The position numbers and the translations under genes are program-made. DNA of 64,000 bases from a virus. The notes under the pieces are model-generated. The model saw nothing but the letters and a program-made list of their open reading frames with translations, had not been told where the DNA came from and ran no database searches. Where the stretch lies: IMG/VR virus record IMGVR_UViG_3300005674_000016, positions 4,577 through 68,576 of that record; one strand, written 5' to 3'. This document shows positions 50,188 through 60,150 of the stretch, piece after piece. Numbering within the stretch: the stretch's first letter is position 1; each line of letters opens with the position of its first letter.

Positions 50188-52082
50188 TGTGCCCTCGCTG
50201 CTGCGCCGGTGACGGCCACCTGTGCCCCGGCGGGGTTCTCGATGCGCAGGTCGACGCGGGGCGGCTGGGCGGGCCCCTGGCGGCCTCCGCGCTCCTGCTC
50301 CTGGCGCCGCATCCGCTCGATGAGCGGGTCGACCACAGCCGCCAGGTATGCGCGCGTCTCCGCCGGCAGCCGAGGATCGTTGCGCCAGTTTTCGCCGTGG
50401 TCCCGCACCGCTCGCTCGACGTAGCGCGGCCCCCAGTTGTAGCCGGCCACGGCTTTCGCCAGGTCGCCGCGGAAGCGCACGAGCAGGTCGGACATGAACG
50501 CGCCGGCAGCGGCGCTGGATCGACCGAGATCCAGGAAGTCGTCTCGGCCGGTGCGGGGATCCACCTGCAAGCCGTATTCGCGGCCGGTTTCCGGCATGAA
50601 CTGGAAGTGCCCCCGCGCGCCGGCGCTGCTGGGCCCCATGCGACGGCCGCGCGCGCTTTCCCGCTGCCAGATGGCGTCAAGCAGTCCTTCCGGCAGGCGA
50701 TGATACACTTCGGCTGCGCTGACCGGATCATAGCCCTCAGTGCCGATTCGTCGTCCGAGGCGGTCGGCGTCAGGGACACCCCAATACCGCGCGCGACGAC
50801 GTCTCTCGCGCTCAACAGGATCGTCGAATCCTCCGATCCGGCTGTCGGGAATGTCGGGCGCGCCCGCGGGGCGCGTGTAAGGCACGCCGGCTGGGCCTGC
50901 GCCCATCTCTTCCGTCGCGCCGCCCCAGCTGAAGCTGTTGATCCACGCAGCCACCCGCGAAATGGCTCGCCAGACGGACTCCACGGCGGCGCCGAATTTC
51001 CTGATGTCTTCCAGGAATTCGTTGCTGCTGATGTAGCCGCCGGCAGCGCGGATCCCTGTGGCGAGCCCGGTGATCGCAGTCCGCATCCCCTCCATCGACA
51101 TGGCGGTCTTCACCGCCTCCGTGAAGGCATCCGACAGCTTCTCGATTTCGGGCGCCAGGGGCGACAGCGCGTCGAGGAACACGGTCTGGATGACGTTGCT
51201 GGCCCGCTCGAATTGCGTGCCGAGAGCCTGCCAGCGCCGCGAGAGCGCATCCGATACCTGCATGCGCCGGCGGTCCTGCTCGACCATCTGCCGGCTGGCC
51301 TCGATCTCCTGCACCGTCATCGAGTGCAGGCGCTGCAAGTCCTCCTCGGTGAACACCTCGAGCAAGCCGCGCGCCCGGGCATACGCCAGGGACTGGCCGC
51401 CCTCCTCGTAGATCTGCTTCGCGCGCAGGGGCGCCTGGCGTGCCAGGTCGCCGGTGCTGTCGTTGGGGTTCAGCCCCATCGAGATCAGCGCCCACCGGCG
51501 GTCCGGGTCGTTCCTGATGCTCGACAGGTTGCCCAGGACGGACCTGGCGTCGAACATCTTCGAGTAGTTCGTCTCGAACGCCCGCAGCTCGCCGGGCCGC
51601 AGCCCCATGCCCTGGCTGGCGCGCCGTGTGGCGCCTGCTGCGCTCGCCAGGTTGGATATCCCCCACAGGCCGCCAGCCCCCGCCAGGCCCGCGCCCAGGG
51701 CGCCCACGGTGCCCCATTTCAGCATGGACACCGCGGCGTTGCTGAGCCGGCTGCTGATGGCCCCGTAGATGCCCAGGAGCCGGTGCGCGTCCTGCACCGC
51801 CATGCGCGTCCAGCGCGAGATGTTGCCCCACGCGCCGGCGGTGTCCCGCAGGGTTCGGTTGTAGGCCTTCTGCCTGTCTGTCGCCTTGTCTGTGGCGGTG
51901 ATGACCGCCGACAGCGCGTCGGTCTGCGCGTCGATGCGCTCGCCCACGCCCTTGATCGCCTGCTCGATCCGGCCCCATGCCATCGGCAGCCCGTCGACCG
52001 CGACGGTGTATTTCTCGAAGTCCTGCTGGAACTTCTTGAACGCCTCGTCGTCGACCTGAACCTGGAAGATGCTGGTGGCCAT
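50184..52082 (-). CDS. Tape measure protein with a C-terminal lytic transglycosylase
   Basis: Helical N-terminus; ES...SSAGA.G.FQFMP.T, A.AGYNWG, ETR.Y. Confidence 0.9.
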   Translation of the reverse strand: MATSIFQVQVDDEAFKKFQQDFEKYTVAVDGLPMAWGRIEQAIKGVGERIDAQTDALSAVITATDKATDRQKAYNRTLRDTAGAWGNISRWTRMAVQDAHRLLGIYGAISSRLSNAAVSMLKWGTVGALGAGLAGAGGLWGISNLASAAGATRRASQGMGLRPGELRAFETNYSKMFDARSVLGNLSSIRNDPDRRWALISMGLNPNDSTGDLARQAPLRAKQIYEEGGQSLAYARARGLLEVFTEEDLQRLHSMTVQEIEASRQMVEQDRRRMQVSDALSRRWQALGTQFERASNVIQTVFLDALSPLAPEIEKLSDAFTEAVKTAMSMEGMRTAITGLATGIRAAGGYISSNEFLEDIRKFGAAVESVWRAISRVAAWINSFSWGGATEEMGAGPAGVPYTRPAGAPDIPDSRIGGFDDPVERERRRRARYWGVPDADRLGRRIGTEGYDPVSAAEVYHRLPEGLLDAIWQRESARGRRMGPSSAGARGHFQFMPETGREYGLQVDPRTGRDDFLDLGRSSAAAGAFMSDLLVRFRGDLAKAVAGYNWGPRYVERAVRDHGENWRNDPRLPAETRAYLAAVVDPLIERMRRQEQERGGRQGPAQPPRVDLRIENPAGAQVAVTGAAARAQ

Positions 52083-52391
52083 CAGGATCCCCTGCCGCTG
52101 GCCGCGGCGATCAGGTACCGCTGGCGGAACTGGTGGGCGTTCGCGTAGAGATCGAGGCCCGCCTGCATGGCGAATTCAGGCCAGCCCTCGCCCCCCAGCC
52201 AGTCGAGCAGTGCGCCTAGGTGGCCGGTGCCGTCGCGCCAGTATTGCCGGTCGCGGTCGACGTCGGCAAGGAAGCGGCGAATTCCGTAGCATTGGACGAG
52301 GTAGTCCGCGTTCCCCATAGGTCGCCCGTGCTTTGCAGGATGGCGGTCAGCGTCTCCATCCTGTGCATCGCTGAGAGCACCGTAAAAAAAA
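52082..52391 (-). CDS. -1 frame extension of the tail assembly chaperone (GT-like product)
   Basis: T8 run at 52384-52391; the -1 frame is open to TGA at 52082, which overlaps the tape measure ATG. Confidence 0.6.
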
Positions 52392-52776
52392 CGATAGCGC
52401 CGATCACCTCCGCCTTTTCGCGCGCCGAGAACGTCCCCTTCTCCAACGCGACCGCCATCGGCACCGACTGCCAGCCGACGTCGCCCGGCTGCACCACGTT
52501 CGACAGCCGCACCATCTCGGCCACCAGCGTGCGCTCGACGCCCTCTGCGCCTTCCCACACGCCCATGGTCTGCGCCACGCTCTTCAGCGCCAGGCCGGCC
52601 ACGCGCGGGCCCGAGATGATCGACAGGCCCTCGGCGTTGATCACCGCGAACGTCTTGGCGATCACCAGCCAATGTGCCTCGAACACCTCGCGCGACAGCG
52701 GCGCGACGTGCACGTAGATCTCGCGGCTGCCGCGCGGCACAGGGATGATCATGCAGAGGTTGTCGTCGAGGCGCAC
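52216..52776 (-). CDS. Tail assembly chaperone
   Basis: Between the tail tube and tape measure genes; contains the slippery run. Confidence 0.8.
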   Translation of the reverse strand: MRLDDNLCMIIPVPRGSREIYVHVAPLSREVFEAHWLVIAKTFAVINAEGLSIISGPRVAGLALKSVAQTMGVWEGAEGVERTLVAEMVRLSNVVQPGDVGWQSVPMAVALEKGTFSAREKAEVIGAIVFFTVLSAMHRMETLTAILQSTGDLWGTRTTSSNATEFAASLPTSTATGNTGATAPAT

Positions 52777-52791
52777 GGGCAGCGCTCCGGG

Positions 52792-53238
52792 CTAGACCAG
52801 GTTCCAGAGGGTCGAGTTGACGTTGTAGTAGGCCTGGATCGAGACGACGAAGCCGGCGTCGTCGCCGGCCATGCTCATCTCGCGCACCCCGGTCATGGCC
52901 GCGTTGAAGAAGTCGTAGTTGGGGAAGCCGACCGCGTCGGGGATTACCTGCAGCGCGCCCAGCCGCGCGTCGAGCTCCATGCGCTGCTTGTAGAGCGTGG
53001 CCAGCTGCTGCGTCTTCAGCAGGTGCAGTGTGACCATGGCGATCATGTACGGCTCCGGGCTGGTGACGGCGCCGGTCATCGTCGGCAGCATCAGCGTGGA
53101 GTCGCCCTGCAACGCCACCGAGATCCCGGCCTTGCCCAGGAATGGCGCGGTGACGTTGAGGGTGGGCACGTTGGGGATCACCACCGAGCCGCGGATGCGG
53201 TTGAGGGTGCCCTGGTCGACCAGCGGGTTGGCAGCCAT
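52792..53238 (-). CDS. Tail tube protein
   Basis: NP...QG.LNR.R.SV, TMTG.V.SPEPY; directly after the sheath gene. Confidence 0.85.
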   Translation of the reverse strand: MAANPLVDQGTLNRIRGSVVIPNVPTLNVTAPFLGKAGISVALQGDSTLMLPTMTGAVTSPEPYMIAMVTLHLLKTQQLATLYKQRMELDARLGALQVIPDAVGFPNYDFFNAAMTGVREMSMAGDDAGFVVSIQAYYNVNSTLWNLV

Positions 53239-53266
53239 CGGCGGTGCTCCTGGTTGGCGCGGCGGT

Positions 53267-54583
53267 TCAGGCGCTCGGGAAGTCGGTGACGTTCACGTTG
53301 AAGATGATCTCCACGAAGCCGCGCGCCGGCGTGTAGGTCACCGAGAGGCCCGCGTACTTCCCGATGGGGTAGTCGTTCGGGTTGTCGATCACGTAGGTCG
53401 GGAAGTCCACCGCATCGACGGTCACCGGCGCCAGCACCAGGCCATAGCTGATGCCGCGGTTCATCGTCGCCTGCGCGCGCGCCTGGAGCCGGTTGATGCC
53501 GTCCTGGTTGTAGTAGAGCGGGTTGATGGGGTTGTTCGACCCGTTGATGATCTCGTTGCTCAGGTCGAGGTCGATGTTGATCTGGACCCAATCGACCGAA
53601 TACCAGTAGGTCGCATCCCGGCCATCCTTCGTGGTGCCCCACATCAGGACGGTGTTGGTGATGCCCCCCTCCGCGCCCGTGCCAATCCAGTTCATGTTCG
53701 CCGCCTTGAGGGTGGTGAACAGCGCGCCATTGCCGCGCAGGGGATAGGGCGTGACGCTGTAGAGGTAGCGGAACGCGAACGGCGCGACCTTGTTGGTGGT
53801 CGAGGGGTTGTTGTGCAGCCAGGCATAGAACGGGGCGGCCAGGCTGAATTCGTCGTCGGGGATCACCGGCGCCTCGATCAGCCCGAACAGGCTCTTCGTG
53901 TTGGCCGAGTAATTCGTGTAGTTGCCCTGGAAAAGCGTCGTGAAGAAGTAGGTCTTCGCGCCGGTGTTCTCGAATTGCTCCAGGAACGCCGGGAAGCTGG
54001 CGTCCCACCCAAAGGTGCGCGGCACCAGGTAGGCATAGAAGATCTGCGGGTCGTTTTCTTCGATGAAGGTTTCCAGCGCGTCGATCGCGTCGCCGGTCTG
54101 CACGTTGCCGAGCTCCAGCACGTAGACGCTCACCTGGGTGCCCTGGGCGAAGAATGTGTTGACCATCGACGCCAGCACCGAGACGCCGATCGGCGCCCAC
54201 GTGCCCTGCACCGTCACCGCGCCCGGATCCGACACCAGGGGGAAGGTGAAGGTGCTGGCGCCGGTGATGGTGCAGATCCGGTCGTAGCCGTTGTAGGCCG
54301 CGGGCGTGACGCCGGCGATGGTCAGGTTCACGACGTCGCTGGTGGTCATTCCATGCGGCGCGGTGGTGGTCACGGTCACCGTGCCGCCCGACCAGGACAT
54401 GGACGAGATGGCGGCCGGCGCGCGGGCGATCGCGGTCAGGTCGGCGGCGGTGGTCAGCAGCGTGGTGGTGCCGGGGTCGGTGGTGGTGCCGCCCTGGCTC
54501 ACCAGCGCGCCAGTGCGCTGCAGGGTGCTCGGGGCCGGCGCAATCGTCTGGGTGACGTTGACCGTGACGATGTTGTTGGCCAT
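53267..54583 (-). CDS. Tail sheath protein (DUF3383-like) with an inserted E1-FCCH-like domain
   Basis: IV.VNV....AP.P, YWYSVDW.QIN, NPLYY.Q.GI..LQ, Y.P.RGF..I. Confidence 0.88.
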   Translation of the reverse strand: MANNIVTVNVTQTIAPAPSTLQRTGALVSQGGTTTDPGTTTLLTTAADLTAIARAPAAISSMSWSGGTVTVTTTAPHGMTTSDVVNLTIAGVTPAAYNGYDRICTITGASTFTFPLVSDPGAVTVQGTWAPIGVSVLASMVNTFFAQGTQVSVYVLELGNVQTGDAIDALETFIEENDPQIFYAYLVPRTFGWDASFPAFLEQFENTGAKTYFFTTLFQGNYTNYSANTKSLFGLIEAPVIPDDEFSLAAPFYAWLHNNPSTTNKVAPFAFRYLYSVTPYPLRGNGALFTTLKAANMNWIGTGAEGGITNTVLMWGTTKDGRDATYWYSVDWVQINIDLDLSNEIINGSNNPINPLYYNQDGINRLQARAQATMNRGISYGLVLAPVTVDAVDFPTYVIDNPNDYPIGKYAGLSVTYTPARGFVEIIFNVNVTDFPSA

Positions 54584-54621
54584 GGGCGGAAGCCTCCTGG
54601 GTGGAAACGGCAGCCGGGGCG

Positions 54622-54639
54622 GGCCGGCCGAAGCCGGCC
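54622..54639 (-). terminator. cUUCGg tetraloop hairpin in the sheath leader
   Basis: Minus strand GGCCGGC-TTCG-GCCGGCC. Confidence 0.5.
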
Positions 54640-54644
54640 GCGCG

Positions 54645-55061
54645 CTAGGCGGCGGTGGTCACCTCGACGGTCGAGAAGATGTCGTCCTTCGTGCCGGCGA
54701 TCGCGATGACGCCGGTGTAGGTCACACCCGCCCCGAACAGCTGCACCGTCGACAGCTGGCTCTTGGCCGGCAGCACCATGGCCTTGGCCGCGCTGGCGCT
54801 GGCCACCGCGCCGAAGAACACCTGCATGTCGGCCGCGGTGTCGTTGTTGGCGATGACGGCGGCCGTGCGCGCCGGGTTGGCAGCCAGCGCGGTCTGGAAA
54901 GTGGCGTCGGCGGTGATGGTGCCGGTGGCAGTGGTGAGGGTGTGCTCGGAAGCGGGCGCTGCTTCCATGGTCACCTGCAGGTTGCCGTTGGCGTCGACCT
55001 TCAGGGGCTTGGCCACGCCATTGTTGACGGCGGGATACACCTGGTTGGGGTTCTGGGGCAT
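54645..55061 (-). CDS. Small beta-sandwich virion protein (ANP.R..h.I motif)
   Basis: PLKVDANGNL.V; AANPARTAAVIAN; CAGGAG RBS. Confidence 0.7.
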   Translation of the reverse strand: MPQNPNQVYPAVNNGVAKPLKVDANGNLQVTMEAAPASEHTLTTATGTITADATFQTALAANPARTAAVIANNDTAADMQVFFGAVASASAAKAMVLPAKSQLSTVQLFGAGVTYTGVIAIAGTKDDIFSTVEVTTAA

Positions 55062-55086
55062 GGTCCGCTCCTGGGGGTTGGGTGAC

Positions 55087-55449
55087 TCAGGTATTCGCCG
55101 ATACCACGACCGGCGCTTCGATGCACTCTGCTTCCGCAATATCCTTGACAAGCGTCGGGATCACTGCGTGCACCACGCGCCAGCCGCGGAAGCCATCGAC
55201 CAGCTTCTTCAGGTTCTGCCAGTCCGCATCCTCCAGCAGGAAGAACTCGGCGCCGGCGGCGTCGGCAGCCTCGATCGGCGCCAGGATCCGCAGCAGCCGG
55301 TTGATCTCCGACAGCGGCAGCCCGCGCTCGGCCGCCGCCGCGTTGATCACCCCGATCAGGTTGGCGGCGTAGGAGAACGGCACGTCGTCCGTGTCCTCGC
55401 GCTGGCCTGGCAGCCGGATCATGGGGGTCTTCAGGGGGATGCGTCGCAT
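55087..55449 (-). CDS. Hypothetical protein, possible fibre chaperone
   Basis: Directly follows the fibre gene; GAGG RBS. Confidence 0.65.
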   Translation of the reverse strand: MRRIPLKTPMIRLPGQREDTDDVPFSYAANLIGVINAAAAERGLPLSEINRLLRILAPIEAADAAGAEFFLLEDADWQNLKKLVDGFRGWRVVHAVIPTLVKDIAEAECIEAPVVVSANT

Positions 55450-55474
55450 GGCGTCCTCGATCGGTGTGGGGCTG

Positions 55475-57478
55475 TCAGCCGGCGGCTTCGACGCCAGCCA
55501 CCCACGCGTTCCAGCGCAGGGTGCGGCCGGCCACGCCCGTGACCGAGACGTTGAGCGCGCCGAGCGTCGTGTCTGCTGTCACCGCCACGCTGGCCGCGGC
55601 CAATTCCGCGTCGCCATAGGTGCTGGTGATGCCAGCGGGGGTCGGCAGCACGGTGTCGAGCTCGGTCGCGCCGCGGCGGATCACGCCCTGCACCAGCCAC
55701 TCCTTCGCGTAGAGCCCGTTCTGCTCGGCCACCACCAGGATGTCGAAGCGCATGGCGCCGTTCTCTGCCACCGGCACGACGTTGCCGGGATCCGCGCTGC
55801 CGCCAGTCGATGTCAGCCGCACGGGCGTGGCGCCGTCCGTCGTGGTGCCGCGCAGCGCGGTGCCGATGAGCAGCTGCGCGTCGCCCCTGGTGGCCCTGCG
55901 ACCGTTGGCCCACACCAGCGCGCCGTCGCGCCCGCGATCGGTCGCGTATTCGCCGAGCACCATGGAGAAGTCGCCGTCGACCACGCTGTTCGCGCCGATC
56001 GCCACCCCGCTATCGCCGCCCACTCCCTGATCGCGTCCGAGCGCCACGGAATCGATGCCGAGCGCCGAGACGCTGTTGCCCATGGCGACGGCATAGTCCC
56101 CCGACGCATTCGAATTGTAGCCGGCCGCCACGGTGTAGTCGCCGGAAGCGGTGTTGCGCGAGCCGCCGAGGATGACGGCGCCCTCGCCGCTTGCCACCTG
56201 GGCGGCGTTGCCGCGGCTGGTCTGCCAGTCCACGGCATATGCCCCCCGGCTGTTGCCGCCCGCCACACCGCCCGTGGGCACCTGCGCGGTCAGCGCCCCG
56301 GTGCCCTTCGGCGACAGCGCCAGCCCGACGTTGGCATCGGCACCGAACGCTTCCAGCTGCACCGGCACCCCGGTCGCGCTCGGCTTGACGCCCATGCCGT
56401 TGACGGCGCTGGCCACTGTGCTCACCGAGAAGCCCACGGTGTCGTTGGGCTGGATGAACAGGATCGCGCCGTCCTGCGCCTGGATCGACGACTTGAAGTC
56501 GGCATCGCTGATGGTCGATGTCACGAAGAAGGTTCGCTCGCCGTTGCCGTCGCCCTCGGCATACCAGGCTGCCAGGTGCCCCTTGGCCATCAGGATCGCA
56601 TCGCCGAATCCGGTGTCGCCGTCCGCTCCGGTCAGCGCGCCTTTCTCGAACACGATGCCGGCGTTGAAGGTGGAGCCGTTCGGCACGATCGCCAGCGCGG
56701 AGATGGCGGGATCCACGTCCAAGCCCTGGCCGCCGCCCGAGCCCAGCCGCAGCGCCTGCGCGGAGCCGGTCTGCAACTCGCGGTAGGGCGTGGGCCATGC
56801 ATTGGCCAGCCCCGACATGTTGATCGCCTCGAGCTCTGCCGCGAAGGCATCCGAGACGGTGCCGGGATAGACCCGCGCCTCGCCGTAGAAGCCATATGCC
56901 GCGAAGTAGTCGGCAGGGAAGGTGCCGGGGTTGTTGGCCATGGCAAACGCGGCCACGCCGATGGTGGTCTGCGTCGTGCCGGCGGCCACTGGATCCAGGT
57001 CCAGGGTCTGCGAGCCGGTGGTGAGCGCGATGGTGCCGAAGCTGCTGGTGATCGCCGCGGTGGCGTTGAACACCGGCCAGTTGACCAGGTCGGTCAACCA
57101 GTCGGTGTCGATGTTCGGCTTGGCCGCGTCGTTCGCTGCCGCGCCGCCGACCAGCAGGCGATCGTTCACCCGCATCACCACGGCGCCGTCGTCGGACCAG
57201 AAGAAGCCGGTCGGCGGCGACGTGAAATCGCCTCTCATGTCGACCTGCGCGAACGCCCCGTAGGCCGGCGCGGTGCCGCCGATCGCCACCCCGTCGATCG
57301 CGCCGCCGGTGATGGCCACCGCTGCAGGATCCTGCGTGGCCATGCCGCGCGCGCCCAGGTTTGCCAGTGCGGCCGGCTTGTTCGGCACGTCGGCCAGGTT
57401 CGAGGCTCGCGCCAGGCGCTGCCCCACGGCGGCCAGGACGTCCTGCGCGGTGGCCAACTGATTCGGCGCGATCGTCAT
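55475..57478 (-). CDS. Fibre/spike protein with YadA-head-like repeats
   Basis: NLADV.....A.ANLG..GMATQ....VAITGG.IDG; repeats ASG.Y.VA.G.N..A.G..SVA.G. Confidence 0.75.
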   Translation of the reverse strand: MTIAPNQLATAQDVLAAVGQRLARASNLADVPNKPAALANLGARGMATQDPAAVAITGGAIDGVAIGGTAPAYGAFAQVDMRGDFTSPPTGFFWSDDGAVVMRVNDRLLVGGAAANDAAKPNIDTDWLTDLVNWPVFNATAAITSSFGTIALTTGSQTLDLDPVAAGTTQTTIGVAAFAMANNPGTFPADYFAAYGFYGEARVYPGTVSDAFAAELEAINMSGLANAWPTPYRELQTGSAQALRLGSGGGQGLDVDPAISALAIVPNGSTFNAGIVFEKGALTGADGDTGFGDAILMAKGHLAAWYAEGDGNGERTFFVTSTISDADFKSSIQAQDGAILFIQPNDTVGFSVSTVASAVNGMGVKPSATGVPVQLEAFGADANVGLALSPKGTGALTAQVPTGGVAGGNSRGAYAVDWQTSRGNAAQVASGEGAVILGGSRNTASGDYTVAAGYNSNASGDYAVAMGNSVSALGIDSVALGRDQGVGGDSGVAIGANSVVDGDFSMVLGEYATDRGRDGALVWANGRRATRGDAQLLIGTALRGTTTDGATPVRLTSTGGSADPGNVVPVAENGAMRFDILVVAEQNGLYAKEWLVQGVIRRGATELDTVLPTPAGITSTYGDAELAAASVAVTADTTLGALNVSVTGVAGRTLRWNAWVAGVEAAG

Positions 57479-58563
57479 TTCCAGACCGTCCCATCGTTCC
57501 AGCGGAATTCGTTCCATCGACCATAGCGCGGGCCGATATCGCCGCCTTCCACCGTATAGGTCACGAATGCCGACAGGATCAGCTGCCGCGCAAGATCGCG
57601 GGCGGTCGCCTGCAGGTAGTTCACCTCGTACTCGATGGTCTTCTTCTGCGCCAGGACGCCCAGTTCTACCTGGCCCTGGTGCTCGTCGCGCGGGACCGGG
57701 CTGTTCGTGATTCCCATGCGCGCGCTGTTGCGGAACTGCCACTGCACGTAGTCGCAGAGATCCAGCACCTCCGCGTTGCGCAGGCCATAGGTGGTCAGCC
57801 GCACCTTCTCCCGCACCAACTGGCTATGGCTGAGCGTGCGGTTGAGGATTGGAGCGCTGCTGATCGCCTGCGTCGATTCGGGGAAAACATGCACGACCAC
57901 GAACGGCGGCGGCAGGTTCTGCGGCACCAGGAAGGACGGGAAGATCGCCCACGGCAGGCCGCCCAACCCGATCACCGGGATGTAGGGGTTCGCCAGGTCC
58001 AGCCACAGCGGCAGCGAGTTGCTGACCACCTGCGCCGGGCTGAATGCGTTCAGATCGTCGATGATCTGCGTCTCCTGCGTGGAGAAGATCGCGTTGCCCT
58101 CGTAGTGATGGATCTTCGCCTGCTCGTAGTATTGGCCGCGCTGCGCGAAGCTGAAACGAACATCCTGCCACTCGCCGATATACATCACGGTGGGGCTGAT
58201 ATCGTTGAAGTCCTCGATCTCGACTTCGGAGGTGAACAGCACTCGGTTGAGGCCGGCCGCATCGGCTTCGTTCTGGTTGGCGACGCTCATGTAGTGCAGC
58301 GAGCCATTGGCCACCACGGTCGGCGCAGAGTAGATCTGCTGCGGCACCTGGTTCATCGTCACCTGGTTGAACCGGTGCGCGTTGAGCAGCGCCGAGGGGC
58401 TGGCCAGGTCGGCGCGGATCCAGAACACCGAGCCGTCGATCGGCAGAGCCAGGCGGATGTACTTCGTGAAGGTGATGGTCTGGTTTTCGGAGAGCACGCG
58501 CTCCCCGGCTTGCAGCGCAGCGGCAAGCTGGTGGCGGCCCCGGGCGGATTCGGTGGCCGACAT
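57475..58563 (-). CDS. Head closure / tail completion protein (probable two-domain fusion)
   Basis: Position among neck genes; Q.ITF..Y.R..LP.DG.VFW and FPSFLVP.N..PP. Confidence 0.65.
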   Translation of the reverse strand: MSATESARGRHQLAAALQAGERVLSENQTITFTKYIRLALPIDGSVFWIRADLASPSALLNAHRFNQVTMNQVPQQIYSAPTVVANGSLHYMSVANQNEADAAGLNRVLFTSEVEIEDFNDISPTVMYIGEWQDVRFSFAQRGQYYEQAKIHHYEGNAIFSTQETQIIDDLNAFSPAQVVSNSLPLWLDLANPYIPVIGLGGLPWAIFPSFLVPQNLPPPFVVVHVFPESTQAISSAPILNRTLSHSQLVREKVRLTTYGLRNAEVLDLCDYVQWQFRNSARMGITNSPVPRDEHQGQVELGVLAQKKTIEYEVNYLQATARDLARQLILSAFVTYTVEGGDIGPRYGRWNEFRWNDGTVWK

Positions 58564-58566
58564 GGC

Positions 58567-59058
58567 TCAGTCCACCCAGGCCATGAACGAGGCCTGGTAG
58601 AGCCCCGTGTCGCGGAAGGACGGCCGGCGCTTGCCGCGGCGCTTCTTCAGCCGGCTGTTCACGCCCATCAGCGCCGCGCGCGTCGGCACGCCCGGGATCC
58701 CGAGCGTCTCCATGGTCCGGTTGCTGATGAACTGCTTGAACCGCTTCTGGATCTCGCTGGTGGCCTCGAGGAACGGGTTGGCCGCCACGGGCGCGCCCAT
58801 CAGGACGTTCTCCATGGCGTCCTGGACCGATTCTTCCAGCGCCGCCTTCACCCCGCCATCCACCTCGTAGAAGACCTCCATGATGTGGTAGCGGTCCTCC
58901 AGCCAGCGCGCGACCTGCGCCGTGGTCACCTGGCGGGTCTTCGGCGCGGGCGGGGGCGGCGCCTTCTTGCCGCGCCGCGCCGGCTGCGCAGCGCGCCGGC
59001 CGCCGTCGTAGCTGGTGTATGGCTGCTCGATCACGCCCAGGTGCAGGGTGACCGTCAC
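58567..59058 (-). CDS. Neck protein
   Basis: LHLGV...PY, VA..LE.RYH.M, GVPT.AAL.G, RPSF.DTGLY. Confidence 0.75.
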   Translation of the reverse strand: MTVTLHLGVIEQPYTSYDGGRRAAQPARRGKKAPPPPAPKTRQVTTAQVARWLEDRYHIMEVFYEVDGGVKAALEESVQDAMENVLMGAPVAANPFLEATSEIQKRFKQFISNRTMETLGIPGVPTRAALMGVNSRLKKRRGKRRPSFRDTGLYQASFMAWVD

Positions 59059-59501
59059 GTCAGCCCCCACAGCGAGCCATAGGACTGCGCCCACGCCAGG
59101 TATTGCCGGCCGTAGGGGGTCTTCAGGTTTTGCAGGTTGGCCAGCGTGAAGTCCTTCATCTGCTCGGGGTTGAGCAGGCTGGTGCTGGTGCCGTTGTCGC
59201 TGGACGACGTCACCACCCCAGGCGCGAAGGCGAAGATGGCGAAGCTGGCGCGCAGGTCGGTCCAATAGGTCGAGGGCGGGACGTCCTGGCACCAGTTGAC
59301 CAGGAAGTCGCCGCCCAGGTTGTAGACCGACAGGACGTAGATCGGCGGCACGGCCGCCAGCGCCGGGTTCACCGTGGCCAGTGCCAGGTCGTAAGCGAAG
59401 GGGATGAAGATGCTGTCGTCGGGCAAGGCTTCGACGGGCACGCCCATGAAGTCGCGCACCCACTGCAGGAAGCCTGCCTGCGTGGGGGTCGTGCCCGACA
59501 C
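59055..59501 (-). CDS. Head-tail adaptor (DUF4054-like)
   Basis: GVV.SSSD..TS, L.TPYG..YL. Confidence 0.75.
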   Translation of the reverse strand: MSGTTPTQAGFLQWVRDFMGVPVEALPDDSIFIPFAYDLALATVNPALAAVPPIYVLSVYNLGGDFLVNWCQDVPPSTYWTDLRASFAIFAFAPGVVTSSSDNGTSTSLLNPEQMKDFTLANLQNLKTPYGRQYLAWAQSYGSLWGLT

Positions 59502-59510
59502 GCCGGCGGC

Positions 59511-60032
59511 TTAGGCGGCTGCGCGGCGGCGCCGCGTGGTGGGAGGCGGCGGCGGCGCGCCAGCCTGGCCGGCCGTGGGCACGCGAATGCCCTCGTTGAC
59601 CGCCGGAGCCCCGCCATCCTTCACTTCCTCCTGGATGGTCATTTCCAGGGAGGTCAGCCCTGCCGCGGGGTGCGCCTGCTGCACCTGCTGCGCCACCGCC
59701 ACCGCGGCGTGCTGGCGCAGGACGCGGCCTCGCTCCTCCAGCACTTCCTGGTTGCTGGCCAGCGCGCGTCGGATCTTCTCCACCGGAATCGGGCGATCGA
59801 CCGAATAGCAGACGCCGATGAAGTCCTTCGTGCGATCGATCTCGCCCACCGGCACCAGGCCGTACCGGCGGTGCTGCTGCTCGAGGTATTCGATGTCCTC
59901 GGGCTGCCATTCGCCGGGCAGCTGCACCTGCTGGCCGACGTCGATCGCCATGCGATGCGGGGCGCGGCCACCGATGGAGCGCCACACGAAGTCCTGGACC
60001 TGGCGCGTGGTGTTGGCGACGTAGACCTTCAT
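59511..60032 (-). CDS. Hypothetical virion morphogenesis protein
   Basis: MK.YVANTT.Q...F; follows the capsid gene. Confidence 0.7.
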   Translation of the reverse strand: MKVYVANTTRQVQDFVWRSIGGRAPHRMAIDVGQQVQLPGEWQPEDIEYLEQQHRRYGLVPVGEIDRTKDFIGVCYSVDRPIPVEKIRRALASNQEVLEERGRVLRQHAAVAVAQQVQQAHPAAGLTSLEMTIQEEVKDGGAPAVNEGIRVPTAGQAGAPPPPPTTRRRRAAA

Positions 60033-60150
60033 GGGCTGCCTTTCTGTGGCCGCAGGCGCGGCGGTGGGCGGGGAACGCGGGAGGGTGGGGCATTCGCCCC
60101 AGGACGCGGCCAGAAGCGCCACGCGGCGCCCCTGGCCCGCCCGGCGCGGC

